NCBI GenBank assembly: GCA_902798825.1
Contig: CADBYI010000009.1
Span: 4,721 to 68,720 of the forward strand
Source of the DNA: an uncultured Eubacteriales bacterium
GTDB lineage: Bacteria > Bacillota > Clostridia > Christensenellales > CAG-138
Direction of reading: 5' to 3'
DNA length: 64,000 nucleotides
The position numbers and the translations under genes were made by a program. Every line of letters begins with the position of its first letter. The first letter of the stretch is position 1. Shown here one piece after another: positions 63,270 through 64,000 of this stretch. The notes beneath the pieces are model-generated. The model saw only the letters and a list, made by a program, of their open reading frames with translations, was not told where the DNA came from and did no database searches.

Positions 63270-63614
63270 TTATTTCAGATTCTCGTCTTTCTCGCCCCAT
63301 ACCTCTTTGGCCAGACGGAACACCGCCCAACCCTTGGGCCAGCCCACGTACATGGCGGCGTGGGTGATGATGGCGGCGATCTCCTCCTTCGTCACGCCGT
63401 GGGCCTTGGCGTTCTGCAGGTGATAGATGAGAGAGCTGTCCGTGATCCCGGACGCCATCAGGGAGACCACTGTGACGATGCACCTGGTCTTCACGTCGAT
63501 GGCTTCGTCGTTCCAAACCTCGCCGAAGAGCACGTCGTCGTTCAGGTGGGCGAATAGAGGCGCAAAGGAACCCAGCTGGTTCCGGCCGGCCGTTTGGACT
63601 ATTTTTTCACTCAT
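63270..63614 (-). CDS. Carboxymuconolactone decarboxylase (AhpD-like) family protein
   Basis: ATG 63614 follows GGAGGA. LFGEVWNDEAIDVKTRCIVTVVSLMASG...HLQNAKAHGVTKEEIAAIITHAAMYVGWP. Confidence 0.75.
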   Translation of the reverse strand: MSEKIVQTAGRNQLGSFAPLFAHLNDDVLFGEVWNDEAIDVKTRCIVTVVSLMASGITDSSLIYHLQNAKAHGVTKEEIAAIITHAAMYVGWPKGWAVFRLAKEVWGEKDENLK

Positions 63615-63631
63615 ATGCAAATCCTCCGTTC

Positions 63632-63955
63632 CTATTTTCGGATATATTTATCGTCCGATTGAGGCGCGTCCAGGGAAGTGAACCGCGCCGCCTCCATGTG
63701 CAGGTCGTATTTCTCCCGCAGGGCCGCCAGCTGCCCCATCATGGGGCTTTTATGATGCCGGTCGATGGCCCCCTGATCCGCCCAGGAATCGATCAAAAGC
63801 ACCGTTTCGGGATCGTCCAGGGGAACGAAGTACCGATATTGCAGGTTGCCCGTTTCGGCCCGGATGGCGTTTGCGATGCCCGAGTGCTCCATCTCCTCGG
63901 CAAAGGCCCGCGCGCTGCCGTTCCGGCCATGATATAGCAGATGGACCGTGATCAT
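63632..63955 (-). CDS. Antibiotic-biosynthesis-monooxygenase (ABM/Dabb) domain protein
   Basis: 107 aa with LLIDSWADQGAIDRHHKSPMM. Its ATG overlaps a TGA of an upstream open frame that runs off the right edge. Confidence 0.7.
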   Translation of the reverse strand: MITVHLLYHGRNGSARAFAEEMEHSGIANAIRAETGNLQYRYFVPLDDPETVLLIDSWADQGAIDRHHKSPMMGQLAALREKYDLHMEAARFTSLDAPQSDDKYIRK

Positions 63956-64000
63956 CGTCCTTCCTCCCCCTCTCCCAACAGGCCGCAGATGCAGGTGCGG

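Noticed and set aside
63952-64000. Open minus-strand frame (...RTCICGLLGEGEEGR*) whose TGA overlaps the ABM start codon.
   Set aside because: Only 15 codons are visible at the window edge, so it cannot be assigned. I note it only as a hint that the operon extends further.

Overview
High-GC Clostridia-like chromosomal segment. The taxon is an inference from spoVAD/spoVAE, fhs, the hut genes and an iscR-nifS-iscU locus, and it looks like an Oscillospiraceae-type gut anaerobe. I support about 62 protein-coding genes. I recognised no rRNA, tRNA, CRISPR array, transposase, integrase or phage genes. Gene order, left to right: (1) a uvrD-like helicase followed by a WYL regulator; (2) rrf2, then a 389-bp structured insert, then nifS and iscU; (3) a dlt-like acylation operon (SGNH protein, lipoprotein, DltA-like ligase, DltC-like carrier, MBOAT); (4) a transglutaminase/Ig-repeat surface protein and a C69 dipeptidase; (5) a uxaE-like gene and a LacI regulator; (6) a locus with four ICL/PEP-mutase-superfamily paralogues in two tandem pairs around a PanE-like reductase, a cyclase-family protein and a family-5 ABC importer; (7) MFS and MATE transporters, a YhcH protein, a nitroreductase and an AraC regulator; (8) a hexuronate cluster (SDR, PfkB kinase, gnd, LarA-like protein, uxaC); (9) C1/histidine genes (fhs, fchA-like, lrp, hutI, disrupted hutU, lysR, formimidoyltransferase, cyclodeaminase, hutD); (10) a Kv-like K+ channel gene bracketed by ~115-bp direct repeats; (11) spoVAD-spoVAE, and radC/DUF4392/acyltransferase; (12) a DUF2975-HTH pair; (13) a tight 9-gene redox operon encoding two exported flavodoxin lipoproteins, a His-rich DUF4405 membrane protein, an exported DUF362 protein, a permease, an AKR-ferredoxin fusion, and CMD and ABM proteins. 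The most interesting points are six. First, the nifS homologue lacks the catalytic-cysteine loop. Second, the four-paralogue ICL/PEPM locus appears tied to uxaE by three LacI-type operators. Third, there is a possible dehydratase-free hexuronate -> gluconate -> 6-phosphogluconate route through a LarA-like epimerase. Fourth, a duplication-flanked K+ channel gene sits upstream of spoVAD. Fifth, the exported-flavodoxin/DUF4405 operon may be a trans-membrane redox module. Sixth, several genes are disrupted (hutU, the acyltransferase, and an Opp ATPase remnant). All family calls come from motif recognition by eye, and no database search was possible.
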